A stretch of 17,566 nt of DNA from a virus: IMG/VR virus record IMGVR_UViG_3300045988_103705. The stretch is one strand, 5' to 3'. The notes under the pieces are model-generated. The model was not told the DNA's origin. It did not search any database and was given only the letters and a program-made list of their open reading frames with translations. A program made the translations under genes and the position numbers. Within the stretch, counting starts at the first letter, position 1, and every line of letters starts with the position of its first letter. Of the stretch, positions 16,928 through 17,566 are shown in pieces.

Positions 16928-16972
16928 AATGTACCACCTTCTTCTTTATATATAACAAAAAAAGAAGGAGAT

Positions 16973-17434
16973 TTAATTATTATTGCCCTGACGAAATTTT
17001 CTAACTATCGAGAGCGCCTTAGTTTGATTTTTAATGTAAGTTTTTAAGTTAGTTTCTTCTGTTTTTAATGCTTTTTCAAGTGCGGAAATTCGAGCTGAGC
17101 AGCGTCCAATTGCATAATAAAAGTTTCCAGTGGGGTCAACTTCCGCAGGACTTAATCGCTCATATTTTGTTGCCTCTTGATAATAGTCATATCTATATTG
17201 TAATTCTTTGCGAGTTTTTTTCATTTCATATTGCATAGCATTTATTCTTGCTTTTGATAAAGCGATAGTTTTACCTACCTTTTCAGAAAAAAAATCTTTA
17301 TCGCTTTCCGCTAACTTGGCTCGTCCGCTAAAGATTTTTCCATTATAATTAATTCCAACAATACATATGCCAGATTTTTCATTAACTAGCTATGTAATTG
17401 TTGGAGCTTTATATATAGCACTAATAACACTCAT
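16973..17434 (-). CDS. Hypothetical protein (153 aa) with its N-terminus extended through an in-frame TAG at 17390-17392.
   Basis: ATG at 17432-17434 is preceded by RBS AGGAGA and a promoter. The frame runs MSVISAIYKAPTIT[TAG]LVNEKSGICIVGINYNGKIFSGRAKLAESDKDFFSEKVGKTIALSKARINAMQYEMKK... and joins the ORF-track ORF 16973..17236. Confidence 0.5.
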
Positions 17435-17472
17435 TATTGTTTTCTCCTAATCTTTTAAATCTTTATATTAAA

Positions 17473-17502
17473 ATTATATCATTTATTTATAGAAAAATCC
17501 AA
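17473..17502 (-). promoter_or_regulatory. Promoter TTGGAT-N18-TATAAT with extended -10 TGATATAAT.
   Basis: Minus strand reads TTGGAT TTTTCTATAAATAAATGA TATAAT, about 35 nt upstream of the RBS and ATG at 17434. Confidence 0.5.
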
Positions 17503-17566
17503 TTTTAAGGATTTTGAAAGAAAAATTTGGTGAGCCTGCGCGAACGGAAACTCGGAGCAGAACGAG

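Noticed and set aside
17527-17566. A tRNA gene at the window end.
   Set aside because: Neither strand gives a convincing acceptor, D-arm or T-arm cloverleaf within the 40 nt available, so it cannot be supported from this window.

Overview
This window reads as the replication, nucleotide-metabolism and lysis region of an AT-rich (~30% GC) phage or prophage of a Gram-positive host; the endolysin carries SLH and the neighbouring gene SPOR cell-wall-binding domains. All supportable genes are on the minus strand. In transcription order (high to low coordinates) they are: a hypothetical protein, a small membrane protein, PIN-PhoH ATPase, a NAGPA-SPOR cell-wall protein, a three-domain endolysin, a holin-like protein, RNase H, GyrB-like and GyrA-like type II topoisomerase subunits, a small membrane protein, ATP-dependent DNA ligase, two small proteins, a membrane-anchored GIY-YIG nuclease, a mini P-loop protein, ThyX, a wHTH regulator, an SSB-like protein, a Sak4-like AAA_24 ATPase, a zinc-ribbon protein and a DnaB-like helicase that runs off the window start. 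The main result is that TAG is not a stop here. At least 24 in-frame TAG codons sit inside conserved domains of seven genes (DnaB, ThyX, GIY-YIG, endolysin, NAGPA, and two smaller genes), and reading them as sense joins the ORF-track fragments into full-length, correctly ordered domain architectures. This fits amber reassignment (TAG most plausibly to Gln, a code-15-like phage recoding). No gene ends in TAG; TAA and TGA terminate genes. The TAGs are very unevenly distributed: 8 in the endolysin and 8 in the GIY-YIG gene, none in the GyrA-like, GyrB-like, PhoH, ligase, AAA_24 or SSB-like genes. The endolysin also lies behind an intrinsic terminator with no promoter of its own, which suggests that availability of a suppressor tRNA gates lysis. 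Other observations are a TTGAyT-N17/18-(TG)nTATwAT promoter found six times, always minus-strand oriented; several hairpin terminators; an apparent 1-nt frameshift in the GIY-YIG gene; an in-frame TGA inside the NAGPA domain; a GC-rich small wHTH gene; and a GC-rich segment at the 3' edge of the window.
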